From IMG/VR virus record IMGVR_UViG_3300032309_000931, positions 1 to 64,000 of that record: 64,000 bases of DNA; one strand, given 5' to 3'. The position numbers were made by a program, and so were the translations under genes. Below the pieces are notes generated by a model, which did not search any database, had not been told where the DNA came from, and saw only the letters and a list, made by a program, of their open reading frames with translations. This DNA comes from a virus. How positions within the stretch are numbered: the first letter of the stretch is position 1; every line of letters begins with the position of its first letter. Below are positions 40,822 to 51,036 of the stretch, in pieces.

Positions 40822-43800
40822 TTATAGCGGTGACACCTTAATTAGTGACGATCTAATACCAAGATATGTGCTATAGTCATCCTGAGCCATCTCTATAATA
40901 TACTGATCTTCGTTTGCAACTATTCTACTATTTCCAACATATGCACCATAAATTGCATTAGCATCTAGTTTAATATCAATACTTCCCTCGCCACTGATTA
41001 GCTGTTGTTCCCATCCACCAGCTGCATCTAAAACTTGTTGCCAAGTATTATTATCTGTATCTGACCAAAGATAAAAAGAGAAGTTGCTGTTTTCTGTTGA
41101 TTCATCAATTTGATAATCTGAAATATTGTTTATTATAAATGGACCAGTAATGTCAATTCTATTTGTTGATGCCCCACCAAAATCTAGTAAGCCATTAAAG
41201 AGTATTCCAATCATATTCCATTCACCATATCTGATTGTTGCGTCTTCTGTTCCATTAACAAAAAATTTAACAACTGGACTTCCCCCTGTACTTATGATTG
41301 TTCCGTTGCTTAATTTTGCTGTTAGTTCTGCATAGTTTGAATCTGTACGGTCTGCATAAACAGTAATGGTATCTTCATTATATTTAATTCTAAATAACTC
41401 TACGTCAGCGGCAAACGGTTTTTCGTACATAGCTGATACAGATAAAACGCTAACCTTATAGTAATCTTTTGCAGATTCATTGATCGGAATTTCAATTCCT
41501 CTTGTACCGTCAAAAGTTGATCCTAGTAGCTTAACTCCACTTTGCTTAGTAAGATATAAATATGGAGTAGTTCCTTTATAGATTGAGTATGGATTTTTCT
41601 TAGAGTAGTCTCTTGTTCCAGAAGTAGTACCAAATGAATAAATATCTTTTCCAAACCTAGTTCCGATTGGTGTCTTTGTCGGTGAATAGTTTAGTGCTTG
41701 TGATGCAACCTGTAACATTTTTATTTTTACTGGATTTCTTATTATTCCAGGGACAAAAAATTCTATGTGAGTTACTAGTCCTAAGTCATTATAATCTCCA
41801 TATCCACCAGTTGGAAGATATACAATACTTCCATTTATAAACTCATATTTATTATTTAGCCACTCAGTCAACGGATCAATAACATTGGTTGATTGAACTG
41901 ATATGTTTGTTTTTGTTATTTGATTTGTGGATACAACAGAGGTTGCTATTTCTGAAAACTCTACATATGATCTAACTGATGAATTAACAACATTGCTCAT
42001 TTGCGGAACATCAATGTTAAGCTGAAGAAAATCTATAGAGTATGCAGTATTTCCAGACTGGTCGATAGATATATTTTTATCCATCTGACTTAAAGATATA
42101 TAGTCTCGCCAGGTTCCATTAACGGCTATGTCTAAACTAAAAGTATTTAAGGTATTGATTCCAAAAAGAGTATAGCTTGCAATATGCGAATCAAACTCTG
42201 AGGTAGTTGCGGTATCGGCTACACCATCAACAAAGTTGTTGCTAATCTTGTTGAGATTGTTTTGATTACAGAATCCAAACTTGTAAATGTTACCGCTAAA
42301 AAGTTTTGGGCTGTCTTCACTGATTGCAGTGCCGCCATTGAATGAAGGTGGTCCACCAAGAAAAACCTTTAACTCTGATGCGTTATTGAAGAATTTTGAC
42401 ATTTGCCCATTTTCTTCTTCTGTAACGATTGCATCTATATCGATGCCAACAGTAAACTTATTGTTTATTGTAACCACGTTAGCAGATACTTTTTCATATG
42501 TTGTTATTGCTGGTGAGACAAATCTATATGTAATATCGTTATTATCTAACACTACCTCAAAGTATTCATTTGAAGAATTAGATATTCTAAAAAGAAGTTC
42601 TTCTGATGTTGGAAGAGAGGAAACGGAGAATACTCCATATACTGATTTTACTGGGTCTTGTAATAAGTTAAACTTATCGAAATATAAATACCCAGCATAA
42701 TTAAATGTTGTGTTTGCAACGTTATCTGGAACTATTTTAAAGAAAACATCATTATCTATTAATTCGCCATTAGATAGATTAATAGAATTTGATTGACCAG
42801 AAAGATTTCTTTGAAGATCATTCCAGTCAGAAACTGTGCGATAATTATCTTCTAGTATAAGTTGTGGCAATTGATAGTTTGGTGCAGAAAGAACATTGTT
42901 GTCTGTTGAAATATTATCTATAACCCCATTTCTCCATCTACCAGTTCCAGGATAAGTGTAGTTATTTGCATACTTTGACATTTGATAATCTATAATAACT
43001 GGTACGTCAAAATATGAAGAGTTTTTTATTTCTGGCGACTCTACCGATTGCCCTTTTACAAAATGAAGCTTAGCTTTCTCTATTGGTATTTGATATGGGT
43101 AAATAGAAACACAGTCAATCTGGAATGGAACAATATCTGAATATGCATAAAATCCAATCCAGTCTTGATCTTCTGATGCAGCATTTAATTTTGTAGGAAA
43201 CTCAATAGTTCGGTAATCATAGTTAATAGATATTACGGATTCTCCGTTTAAAATTACACCTGCAGAAGTTCCTGTATAGTATATGTGAACAAGCATTGGT
43301 CTGCCCCACTCACCCACATAGTGAGAGCAAATGTTTTCTCCAATCTTTAAAGATAGAAATCCACCGCTCACATATAGCCCATTGTCTCCAGTTATTGGAC
43401 CAATAATTCTTCTTGGGGTTTGTGTTGAAGGAGAAACTCTAATCCAAGCTTCAAGTGTTAGTCTTTTATTTTTGCCATTTTCATTTAAAAATCCAAATCC
43501 AGGAATTATTAATGATGGGTCTGGAATGTTTGCAAGACTTTGGCTATAATTTTCAGTTCCTGACCACACAAAATCTATAATGCCTATATCAGTTGAAGAA
43601 CCGTCAAAGTATGTCCCTGGTGAGCTTGCTCTTTCAAACAAGACAGCATCTACATAATGATTATTATCTGTGGTTCCAGAAGATGTTTTTTCTATTATTA
43701 TTCTTACATACTCAGCATTGTTTGGCAAAGTAGATGTTACGGAAATTCTTCTCCAGGCTGTTCTGGATGAAGTAACAGTTGTTCCAGAGCTTGTCCCAAC

Positions 43801-44385
43801 TGTTGTAATGCCATTACTGCCAATCCACGTAATGTTAGCCCTAAAATCTTCCGCTGCCTGATCTGATCTAACGTATGCACTAAAAGTATAGTCTTCTGTG
43901 TCACCAGATGTGAGTGTGATCAGTTCAGATCGAACATTCCAGCTAGTGGTTGACTGAGTAACCTTTAGAGAATGTGTTCCAGAATAAGATTGATCTGTTG
44001 ACAAAACATTTGATAAGGCACCATTTACTGTCCAGCCAGTAACATTAGCCTCAAATGATGGATTTCTCTGTATGTTTGTTGCTATAGTAATTGTGTTTGG
44101 ATCAATGCTTGTTACGTTTGTTGCTCCGTATACCATCGGAATACCAGAAGATCTTGCCTTTAGTGTTGATGTTGTTGCAGATGTTCCCAAGTAATACCCT
44201 TGGTTTTTTTCAGATCCATAAGCTAATGCAGGTACTCCATAACTACTGTATGCAACATTTGATGATCCATTAAGTGCAATGTTTGAGGGAATTGCAGAAA
44301 GAGATCCTACTGCAAGATCATCATCTAATGCCCATAGTGCTGTTGGGTTTTCTGCAAAGATTGCATCTGCATATAAATTAGTCAT
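40822..44385 (-). CDS. Large virion protein with LamG-like and carbohydrate-binding modules
   Basis: PTALWALDD start, NPSFE..GW CBM4-like module, TLEAWIR LamG motif. Confidence 0.65.
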   Translation of the reverse strand: MTNLYADAIFAENPTALWALDDDLAVGSLSAIPSNIALNGSSNVAYSSYGVPALAYGSEKNQGYYLGTSATTSTLKARSSGIPMVYGATNVTSIDPNTITIATNIQRNPSFEANVTGWTVNGALSNVLSTDQSYSGTHSLKVTQSTTSWNVRSELITLTSGDTEDYTFSAYVRSDQAAEDFRANITWIGSNGITTVGTSSGTTVTSSRTAWRRISVTSTLPNNAEYVRIIIEKTSSGTTDNNHYVDAVLFERASSPGTYFDGSSTDIGIIDFVWSGTENYSQSLANIPDPSLIIPGFGFLNENGKNKRLTLEAWIRVSPSTQTPRRIIGPITGDNGLYVSGGFLSLKIGENICSHYVGEWGRPMLVHIYYTGTSAGVILNGESVISINYDYRTIEFPTKLNAASEDQDWIGFYAYSDIVPFQIDCVSIYPYQIPIEKAKLHFVKGQSVESPEIKNSSYFDVPVIIDYQMSKYANNYTYPGTGRWRNGVIDNISTDNNVLSAPNYQLPQLILEDNYRTVSDWNDLQRNLSGQSNSINLSNGELIDNDVFFKIVPDNVANTTFNYAGYLYFDKFNLLQDPVKSVYGVFSVSSLPTSEELLFRISNSSNEYFEVVLDNNDITYRFVSPAITTYEKVSANVVTINNKFTVGIDIDAIVTEEENGQMSKFFNNASELKVFLGGPPSFNGGTAISEDSPKLFSGNIYKFGFCNQNNLNKISNNFVDGVADTATTSEFDSHIASYTLFGINTLNTFSLDIAVNGTWRDYISLSQMDKNISIDQSGNTAYSIDFLQLNIDVPQMSNVVNSSVRSYVEFSEIATSVVSTNQITKTNISVQSTNVIDPLTEWLNNKYEFINGSIVYLPTGGYGDYNDLGLVTHIEFFVPGIIRNPVKIKMLQVASQALNYSPTKTPIGTRFGKDIYSFGTTSGTRDYSKKNPYSIYKGTTPYLYLTKQSGVKLLGSTFDGTRGIEIPINESAKDYYKVSVLSVSAMYEKPFAADVELFRIKYNEDTITVYADRTDSNYAELTAKLSNGTIISTGGSPVVKFFVNGTEDATIRYGEWNMIGILFNGLLDFGGASTNRIDITGPFIINNISDYQIDESTENSNFSFYLWSDTDNNTWQQVLDAAGGWEQQLISGEGSIDIKLDANAIYGAYVGNSRIVANEDQYIIEMAQDDYSTYLGIRSSLIKVSPL

Positions 44386-44459
44386 TTTTCTCCTAATTAA
44401 GTTTACCACAATACGTGTTTCGTGGTATACTATTAATACAATTAACAGATGGAGAGACA

Positions 44460-45233
44460 ATGCATTTACACATTGCTACCCCTATGTATGGGGGAAACTG
44501 TAAAGGCGTTTACGTTGACGGTCTAATGGCTCTAACCTTTGAGCTTGCACGAAAGGGATATCAAGTATCCTTTTCCAAGATCTACAACGAAAGCCTTATC
44601 ACTCGTGCTCGTAACAACCTTGTTTATGAGTTCGAAAAGTCTGGTGCCGACGCACTACTATTCATTGATGCCGATGAAGGCTTTAATCATATGGATGTTA
44701 TCAAGATGATTGAGTCCGACAAAGAAGTTATCGGTGCTATCTACCCAATGAAGAATATCAACTGGGAACAAGTTCGACAGGCTGCTCTTGAAGGTAAAGA
44801 GAATCTTTCTGATTACTCTGGATTCTTTGCTATGAATATGCTACCTGGCGAAAATACGTTTAAGCTTGGTGACCCAGTTCCTGTAACTGAGGTTGGCACT
44901 GGAATGCTTTTCATTAACAAAGAAGTGTTTGAGCTAATGAAGCCACACTGCCCACAGTATATGTTAAATACGTCTACTGGAGCATTTAATCCAGATGCAA
45001 TGGTTACTGAATACTTTGCTACTAGTATTACTGATACTGGGGTATTGTTATCAGAGGATTACCACTTCTGCCGTAAGTACCGTGAACTTGGAGGTACTGT
45101 ATATGCAGCTCCTTGGGTAGACATTGTACACGCAGGAGAATATATCTTTAATGGTAAGTTTGCTCACCAGATTATGCTTACCGCAGAAAAGGTAGAAGAA
45201 GATCCACCAAAGCATAAAACTAAAAAGAAGTAA
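44460..45233 (+). CDS. GT-A fold glycosyltransferase-like protein
   Basis: IATPMYGG, ESLITRARN, FIDAD (DxD), GTGML, SEDYHFC, HAG; GGAG RBS. Confidence 0.8.
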   Translation: MHLHIATPMYGGNCKGVYVDGLMALTFELARKGYQVSFSKIYNESLITRARNNLVYEFEKSGADALLFIDADEGFNHMDVIKMIESDKEVIGAIYPMKNINWEQVRQAALEGKENLSDYSGFFAMNMLPGENTFKLGDPVPVTEVGTGMLFINKEVFELMKPHCPQYMLNTSTGAFNPDAMVTEYFATSITDTGVLLSEDYHFCRKYRELGGTVYAAPWVDIVHAGEYIFNGKFAHQIMLTAEKVEEDPPKHKTKKK

Positions 45234-45235
45234 AA

Positions 45236-45266
45236 GAGAAGCCAGGATTAATTTCCTGGCTTTTTC
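45236..45266. terminator. Bidirectional terminator between convergent genes
   Basis: AAGCCAGGA-TTAATT-TCCTGGCTT flanked by A-rich and T-rich runs. Confidence 0.75.
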
Positions 45267-45267
45267 T

Positions 45268-45459
45268 TTATTCTTCTATAATGTCTGGCTCTTCTGGTGG
45301 GGTAAAAGTATTTCCATTCCAATACCATCCAATGCCAAAGTCTAAGTCTTCTGCAACTGGAACTAGTGTACAGAACAAATCTTGTTCAGACTTTTCCTTA
45401 TCATCTGTAACAATTATGTTTACTACTTGACTGCCCTTAATCATAATGTATTTATTCAT
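45268..45459 (-). CDS. Small tail-fibre-associated protein
   Basis: VVNIIV...IGWYWNGNTFTPP, a type often found after Gly-rich fibre genes. Confidence 0.65.
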   Translation of the reverse strand: MNKYIMIKGSQVVNIIVTDDKEKSEQDLFCTLVPVAEDLDFGIGWYWNGNTFTPPEEPDIIEE

Positions 45460-45467
45460 AGTTTCTC

Positions 45468-46373
45468 CTAATAGTATAAAAGTATAGCCCCACTACCACC
45501 AGAGCCTCCAGTTCCAGAAGTTCCACCTCCGCCACCTCCACCGCCCAAGCCGCCGTCACCGCCAGCCCCTGCAGTTGCGTTTGAGCCAGGTGCAAGATAT
45601 CCAGCACCGCCACCGCCTCTAGAAGTTCCATTTACAACTGCTGTATATGCATTTCCTCCAGCACCACCATAGCCAGCCCCTCCATTTCCACCATAAGCAG
45701 TTCCAGTAGAGGTTGTTCTTCCAGCTCCACCGCCACCTCCAACAAATCCATTACCGCCAGTACCACCAGTAACAGTTCCTGAAGATTTTGTATTAGGAGC
45801 ACCACCACCACCGCCACTAAATCCATTACCACCAGAGCCTCCAACAGTATTAGTAGCAGTAATGTTTGATGTGTATCCACCACCAGTACCAGCCCACGAA
45901 GAGAAACCGTTAATGGCGTTTTCTGTGGCTACAACACCTGGACCACTAAGTGAGAATCCTGCTCCAAATATGTTTTTTGTAACTGCGGTAGGATTAGCAG
46001 ACGTACCTGCACCACTGGTTCCAGCTGCAAAAAAACTTGTTGATGCGTAAGTACCGCCTCCAGCAATTAAATGACCATAGCTTGATTGTCCACCGACTGC
46101 GGCACCGCTGAATGCTCCAGTGCCTCCAGCACCAACTATACAAGTGTTTGCTGCAAATGTCCATCCCCAGATAATTCCGCCAGCACCTCCGCCACCACCA
46201 TTACCAGATCCAGCACTAATTCCTCCACCAGCACCACCACCAATTACTATTGCAAAAACAAGATCAACTCCGTTCGGTATTGTTACGGATGTTCCAGAAG
46301 TAATTGTTTGACGAAGAACAAGACCTTCAGGCACTATGCTGTTGTCAAAACTTTTTGATATGTTAATTGTCAT
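45468..46373 (-). CDS. Glycine-rich tail/fibre protein
   Basis: GGGAGG repeats, ends GSGAILLYY. Confidence 0.75.
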   Translation of the reverse strand: MTINISKSFDNSIVPEGLVLRQTITSGTSVTIPNGVDLVFAIVIGGGAGGGISAGSGNGGGGGAGGIIWGWTFAANTCIVGAGGTGAFSGAAVGGQSSYGHLIAGGGTYASTSFFAAGTSGAGTSANPTAVTKNIFGAGFSLSGPGVVATENAINGFSSWAGTGGGYTSNITATNTVGGSGGNGFSGGGGGAPNTKSSGTVTGGTGGNGFVGGGGGAGRTTSTGTAYGGNGGAGYGGAGGNAYTAVVNGTSRGGGGAGYLAPGSNATAGAGGDGGLGGGGGGGGTSGTGGSGGSGAILLYY

Positions 46374-46381
46374 ATTTTATC

Positions 46382-47341
46382 CTAATAGTATATATATAAT
46401 ATACCATTTCCTCCGTTGCCGCCTGTCCCACCAGTTGTTCCATTCGTACCAGCTCCACCACCACCACCGCCACCTTCTCCGCCTGTACCACCGTTAAGAC
46501 CAGAGGCATCTCCTCCAACTGCATAAAAACCAGCTCCTCCACCTCCACCGCCATTGGTATTTGATCCAGTAGTTCCTGCTCCTCCAGCACCACTGTAACC
46601 AGAACCACCAGTTCCACCTACACGAGTACTCCCTGCAACGTTTGTTTGTGCTCCACCAGCTCCTCCACCAATAAGACCGCTGCCTCCGTTGCCGCCAGTA
46701 GCTGTAGTTCCAGCGGTTGTTAGAGGGATATTAGATCCCCCACCTCCACCAGAGATATATCCTCCACCAGCACCACCAGCTCCTGTTACTGTAGCACTAG
46801 ATTTTGAGCCACCACCACCGCCGTTGACAGCATTTCCACCAGCGTTTCCACCTGACCCTCCACTACTCCCAGCACCTCCAGCTGGATAACCACTTTCTGA
46901 AATACTACCTGCTGATGCACTTAAATTTATACTAATAAATGCACCACCACCGCCGCCGCCACCAATAGTTCCATATGTAGTATTGCTTGCATTTGCAATA
47001 CCACTTGCTCCAGTAGATCCACCAGGAGCAAGTAATCCTCCGTAAAGAGTTGTTTGACCAACTGTTGCGTTTGTACTAGCAGACCCACCACTACCACCCA
47101 GTCCAATAAAGCATACAGTGTCTGAATTAGCCCAACCAGCACTAAATGCTCCTGCTCCTCCGCCGCCAAGAGCTCCTCCGCCTCCAGCACCAACCAGCAC
47201 AGCCCAAACTGTTTTTATATTTTCTGGAATAGCAACAGTACCAACACCATTTGTTGTGTTTGCATAGCGAATAGTATGCCTTAATTTAAATCCATAAGGA
47301 GTTCCTGGAATAGACTGTGGAGGATAAGAACTAGTTGACAC
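46382..47341 (-). CDS. Glycine-rich tail/fibre protein (paralog)
   Basis: GGGGGG repeats, ends GNGILYIYY. Confidence 0.75.
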   Translation of the reverse strand: MSTSSYPPQSIPGTPYGFKLRHTIRYANTTNGVGTVAIPENIKTVWAVLVGAGGGGALGGGGAGAFSAGWANSDTVCFIGLGGSGGSASTNATVGQTTLYGGLLAPGGSTGASGIANASNTTYGTIGGGGGGGAFISINLSASAGSISESGYPAGGAGSSGGSGGNAGGNAVNGGGGGSKSSATVTGAGGAGGGYISGGGGGSNIPLTTAGTTATGGNGGSGLIGGGAGGAQTNVAGSTRVGGTGGSGYSGAGGAGTTGSNTNGGGGGGAGFYAVGGDASGLNGGTGGEGGGGGGGAGTNGTTGGTGGNGGNGILYIYY

Positions 47342-47673
47342 TATGAAATCTCACTTCCAAAAGCGGTAAATGTTAGATAGTTAGCTACGTTTGTACGGAC
47401 TGTTAATACATCTGCTGCAGCTAGTGTAATACCAAGTGTAAAGGTTACTGTTGAGTTACCTGCAATTGGTGTGTCATAAATAATTGCATTAGAGGTTGCT
47501 GCTGCTGCCCCAGCAATTCGTGCAAAAACACGAGCTGAAGCTGTATTAGCATTTGTATTTGTAATTACGAGTGTTGAAACAATTTCTGATTGTCCAGCAC
47601 TAACAGTAATAAGATCAGCGTTTGATGTATTACTAGGTGCTGATTGACCTAAAATTTTATATGCGATTGCCAT
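47341..47673 (-). CDS. Small virion protein
   Basis: YKILGQSAP...LGITL...AFGSEI; AAGGAGG RBS. Confidence 0.65.
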   Translation of the reverse strand: MAIAYKILGQSAPSNTSNADLITVSAGQSEIVSTLVITNTNANTASARVFARIAGAAAATSNAIIYDTPIAGNSTVTFTLGITLAAADVLTVRTNVANYLTFTAFGSEIS

Positions 47674-47698
47674 AATTCCTCCTTATCTAAGTATATCA

Positions 47699-50600
47699 TT
47701 ATCCACCCATCAAAAGGAAGGGGGAGATTGGTTCTACGTATGCACCCTTAATTTTAACATCTCCAGTAAAATTATTAGCACCTGAAAGATAGGATACCCC
47801 GATTGAACCTATAGCACCAGATGTAGATGCATTGGCTGTGCCTGTCCACGCATAATCGATACCGTTGGCATCTGGTGTATTTCCATCAAAGAATGTTCCA
47901 GTGTAAGTAGAGGTTAGTTCAAGAATTAGCGAGTCAACAAACAGCGTTACATTATCTCCAGAAACGCTCATTTGAAAAGTAGTATTACCAGCAGCAGTTG
48001 TTGCTGGTGCTTCAATAAACTGCCAAGAAGTAGTTGCGGTAAAATAAACTGTTCTGTTTGCACCATTTCCAAAATAAAAATCTACTGTTATGGGTGCAGT
48101 TCCAGACTCAATTCTGACCCAAACACCAGCACGATAACTAGTTCCAATTACAACTGCATTTGCTTGGGTATACTGCATAAGAACGTATGGGTCTTCGCCG
48201 TTAGTCATTGCACGTACAGAATAAGTGCCAGATTGAGGATTTTCTGTGACTCTATCTGTACCACTGTACCCCGAAGCCCAGCCAGCCACATTTGTTTCAA
48301 GATTAGGGTTTGTGATAAGATTGGTGCGAGTAAATGGAGTAAGGAAAGACTGGGCATTAACATTGCCGCTCATACTTATATTAGTACCAGCAACATTGCC
48401 AGTAAATGTAGCACCTGAAAGATTGGCTACCCCAGCTTCTTCAGCTGTTTGATTAATCCAAAGACTAGATGCAGAGTTATAAGCTAAAAGTTCGTTGTCT
48501 GCTGGCGTACCGTCAATCGCTACGTCGTGTAACCACTCAAGGTGGTGATTTCCTGGAATAATACGTACAGCAATCTGTCCAGTTGATGCGTGTCTAATAG
48601 TAATAAATGCAACTGCAAGGTCGTGCTGTGGACGAACCTTAGTTAGTTTTCCTGCAACGGTGGGGTGTGCATAAAGAATATCCCCCTCTGCCCAAGTTTC
48701 GTCACCAACAGCGATAGCACTGGCAGTATCTCCTCTTGTGTCTATTCCAACAAGAGTTCCAAAACTAATAACTTCACCATTTACACCATTAGAAATGTTT
48801 GCTGTTGCCATTCCCATTACACGAAGTTCAGAGTCTTGTGTTCCAGTAGTTGAATGTGGTGCTACGTCAATGCGACCACTTGGTTCCGCACCTGAAGCTG
48901 ATACTAGTGTTCCCTTGGAAATTGTTGAGCCAGTGTTGTTACGAACTAAGTAATAAATTTTTTCAGCATAATCAACTGAGAATGTTACTGTGTCTGATGT
49001 TGCATTGCCAACAATTGACATTCCACTACCAGGAGTAATTGTGAGGGTATCTGTAGAAGAGTCGGCAACTACTGAAGTACCGTTTGCAGAAATGGTTTCA
49101 AATGAATTTCCACTACTACCAGCAATAGTAATGTTACCACCAAGGGCAACAGCATTTCCATTAATAGTAATAGAGTTGTTTACTAATGAAGAGTTTGGAA
49201 TTGATGTAAGACTTGCACCGCTACCGCTAAAAGTTGTAGCACTAACCACGTTTGCAGCAAAACTACCATTTGCATCACGAGCAACGATAGTTGAAGCACC
49301 GTTAGCAGAGTTTGCTGATGTACGTGCATTTGCAATAGTTCCAGTTGTGATTGTAGAGGCGTTAGTGTTTCCGATCAGGGTAGTTGCATTTACTGTTACT
49401 GCATTAACATTGCCACTCATACTTATGTTAGTACCAGCAATATTTCCAGTAAAAGTACCACCTGCAAGTGTTGCCAATCCTACTGCTGACCCTGTAGCGG
49501 TTGATGTTGAAGCATTGGCTGTGCCAGTCCAAGCATAATCTACAATGCTAGTATCTGGAGTATTACCGTCAAAGAATGTGCCATTATATGTTGAAGATAG
49601 TTCTACAATTGCTGAGTCAGCAAAAAGTGTTCCGCTAAAACCTGCATAAGTATTTGGTGGAGTTACCCTTAATTGTAAGTTACCATTAGAGGTGGCGGTC
49701 ACAGGACCTACTTGAACAAACTGCCACGAAGTAGTTGCAGTAAAATTAGTAAATGATGATGAAGCTCCTGCTTCAAGAGTAAGTCGCATACCAAAAGTTC
49801 CAGAAGCAATTCTTACCCAGATACCAGCACGGTAACTTGTTCCAACTGTTAAAGCATTTGCTCTAGTATAGATGGGACCAAGGTCACCATCTTCGTCTGG
49901 TGTTGCTGCTAGACACCAAGAGCCAGTTTGTGGCGTTGTGCTGACCCGACTAACAGAACCGTAAAAAGCTGTCCAATCAGTTGCGTTTGTTTCAAAATTA
50001 GGATTTGCAACAAGGTTAGTGCGAGTAAAAGCTGCAGTGCTAAAAGACTGGGCAGAAACAGAGGTCGCAGAAACAGATGGGGCAGTAATAAGATTAGCAG
50101 TAACATTACCAGTAACATTTACAGATGTTCCAATTGCTGCCCCAATATTTGGGGTAGTTAAAACTGGACTTGTAGAAAATACTAATGTGCCAGTACCAGA
50201 CTCGTCTGTAACAGCATTTAAAAGATTTGTGCTTGAAGGACTAGCAAGGAATGTTGAAACATTAAATCCAAGACCAGTTACATTTGCAAGTGCCACGTTT
50301 CCATTAAAGTTAGGTGCAGTAACATTACCAGCAAAAGTAGCACCAGAAAGATTTGCCACACTAACTGTGCCTGTGCCTGTGGTAGTTGATGTAGATGCAT
50401 TTGCTGTACCAGTCCACGCAGCACCTGGGGTATTGCCATCAAAGAAGCCTTCGTAACTTGATGTTGTTTCAACTATTACAGAGTCAACAAAAGTTACTGC
50501 ATAGTCTGAACCGCTTGCTGGTCTAAGTGTAATGTAGCAAACGCCAGACCCTCCAGCAACAACAGTTGATGTAATTTGTGTCCAACTTGTTCCAACAGAA

Positions 50601-50983
50601 ACAATACTTTCTGATGTAGTAGAGCCTCCATAAAAACTAAAGCTAATATTCTTTGTTCCAGAATCAATTCTCACCCACAAAGAAACGGTATATGAAACAC
50701 CTGAAATTAAAGTTCCAGCACCTGCGGTGTATCCTAAAAATGTTGGATAGTCAGCCTGAGCACACCACGTGCCATTTTTAGGATTTGTACTTGTTCTTAC
50801 CAGGGTTGACTCATCGTCAACGCCCCAGCCAGTTAGGTTTGTTTCAAAGTTAGGATTTATAACAAGATTAGTACGAGGAGATGGAACGTTAAAAGACTGG
50901 GCAGAAACAGCACCATCAAAAGTACCGTTTCCTCCAACCTCTAAGCCATTTTTGACCTTAAAGTTTTTATTAGTAGTTGCCAA
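47699..50983 (-). CDS. Tail fibre with three repeated CBM-like modules
   Basis: Three RTNL..NPN.ETN...W ... FFDGNTP...AWTGTANASTS repeats; TTG start. Confidence 0.75.
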   Translation of the reverse strand: MATTNKNFKVKNGLEVGGNGTFDGAVSAQSFNVPSPRTNLVINPNFETNLTGWGVDDESTLVRTSTNPKNGTWCAQADYPTFLGYTAGAGTLISGVSYTVSLWVRIDSGTKNISFSFYGGSTTSESIVSVGTSWTQITSTVVAGGSGVCYITLRPASGSDYAVTFVDSVIVETTSSYEGFFDGNTPGAAWTGTANASTSTTTGTGTVSVANLSGATFAGNVTAPNFNGNVALANVTGLGFNVSTFLASPSSTNLLNAVTDESGTGTLVFSTSPVLTTPNIGAAIGTSVNVTGNVTANLITAPSVSATSVSAQSFSTAAFTRTNLVANPNFETNATDWTAFYGSVSRVSTTPQTGSWCLAATPDEDGDLGPIYTRANALTVGTSYRAGIWVRIASGTFGMRLTLEAGASSSFTNFTATTSWQFVQVGPVTATSNGNLQLRVTPPNTYAGFSGTLFADSAIVELSSTYNGTFFDGNTPDTSIVDYAWTGTANASTSTATGSAVGLATLAGGTFTGNIAGTNISMSGNVNAVTVNATTLIGNTNASTITTGTIANARTSANSANGASTIVARDANGSFAANVVSATTFSGSGASLTSIPNSSLVNNSITINGNAVALGGNITIAGSSGNSFETISANGTSVVADSSTDTLTITPGSGMSIVGNATSDTVTFSVDYAEKIYYLVRNNTGSTISKGTLVSASGAEPSGRIDVAPHSTTGTQDSELRVMGMATANISNGVNGEVISFGTLVGIDTRGDTASAIAVGDETWAEGDILYAHPTVAGKLTKVRPQHDLAVAFITIRHASTGQIAVRIIPGNHHLEWLHDVAIDGTPADNELLAYNSASSLWINQTAEEAGVANLSGATFTGNVAGTNISMSGNVNAQSFLTPFTRTNLITNPNLETNVAGWASGYSGTDRVTENPQSGTYSVRAMTNGEDPYVLMQYTQANAVVIGTSYRAGVWVRIESGTAPITVDFYFGNGANRTVYFTATTSWQFIEAPATTAAGNTTFQMSVSGDNVTLFVDSLILELTSTYTGTFFDGNTPDANGIDYAWTGTANASTSGAIGSIGVSYLSGANNFTGDVKIKGAYVEPISPFLLMGG

Positions 50984-51036
50984 GTATCATCACCTTAGTA
51001 AATTATACCAGATAATGATACTCGACAACTAACTAA

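Noticed and set aside
47699-50983. Diversity-generating retroelement behind the fibre repeats
   Set aside because: No reverse transcriptase in the window; the repeats are in-frame protein modules with general rather than adenine-specific divergence.
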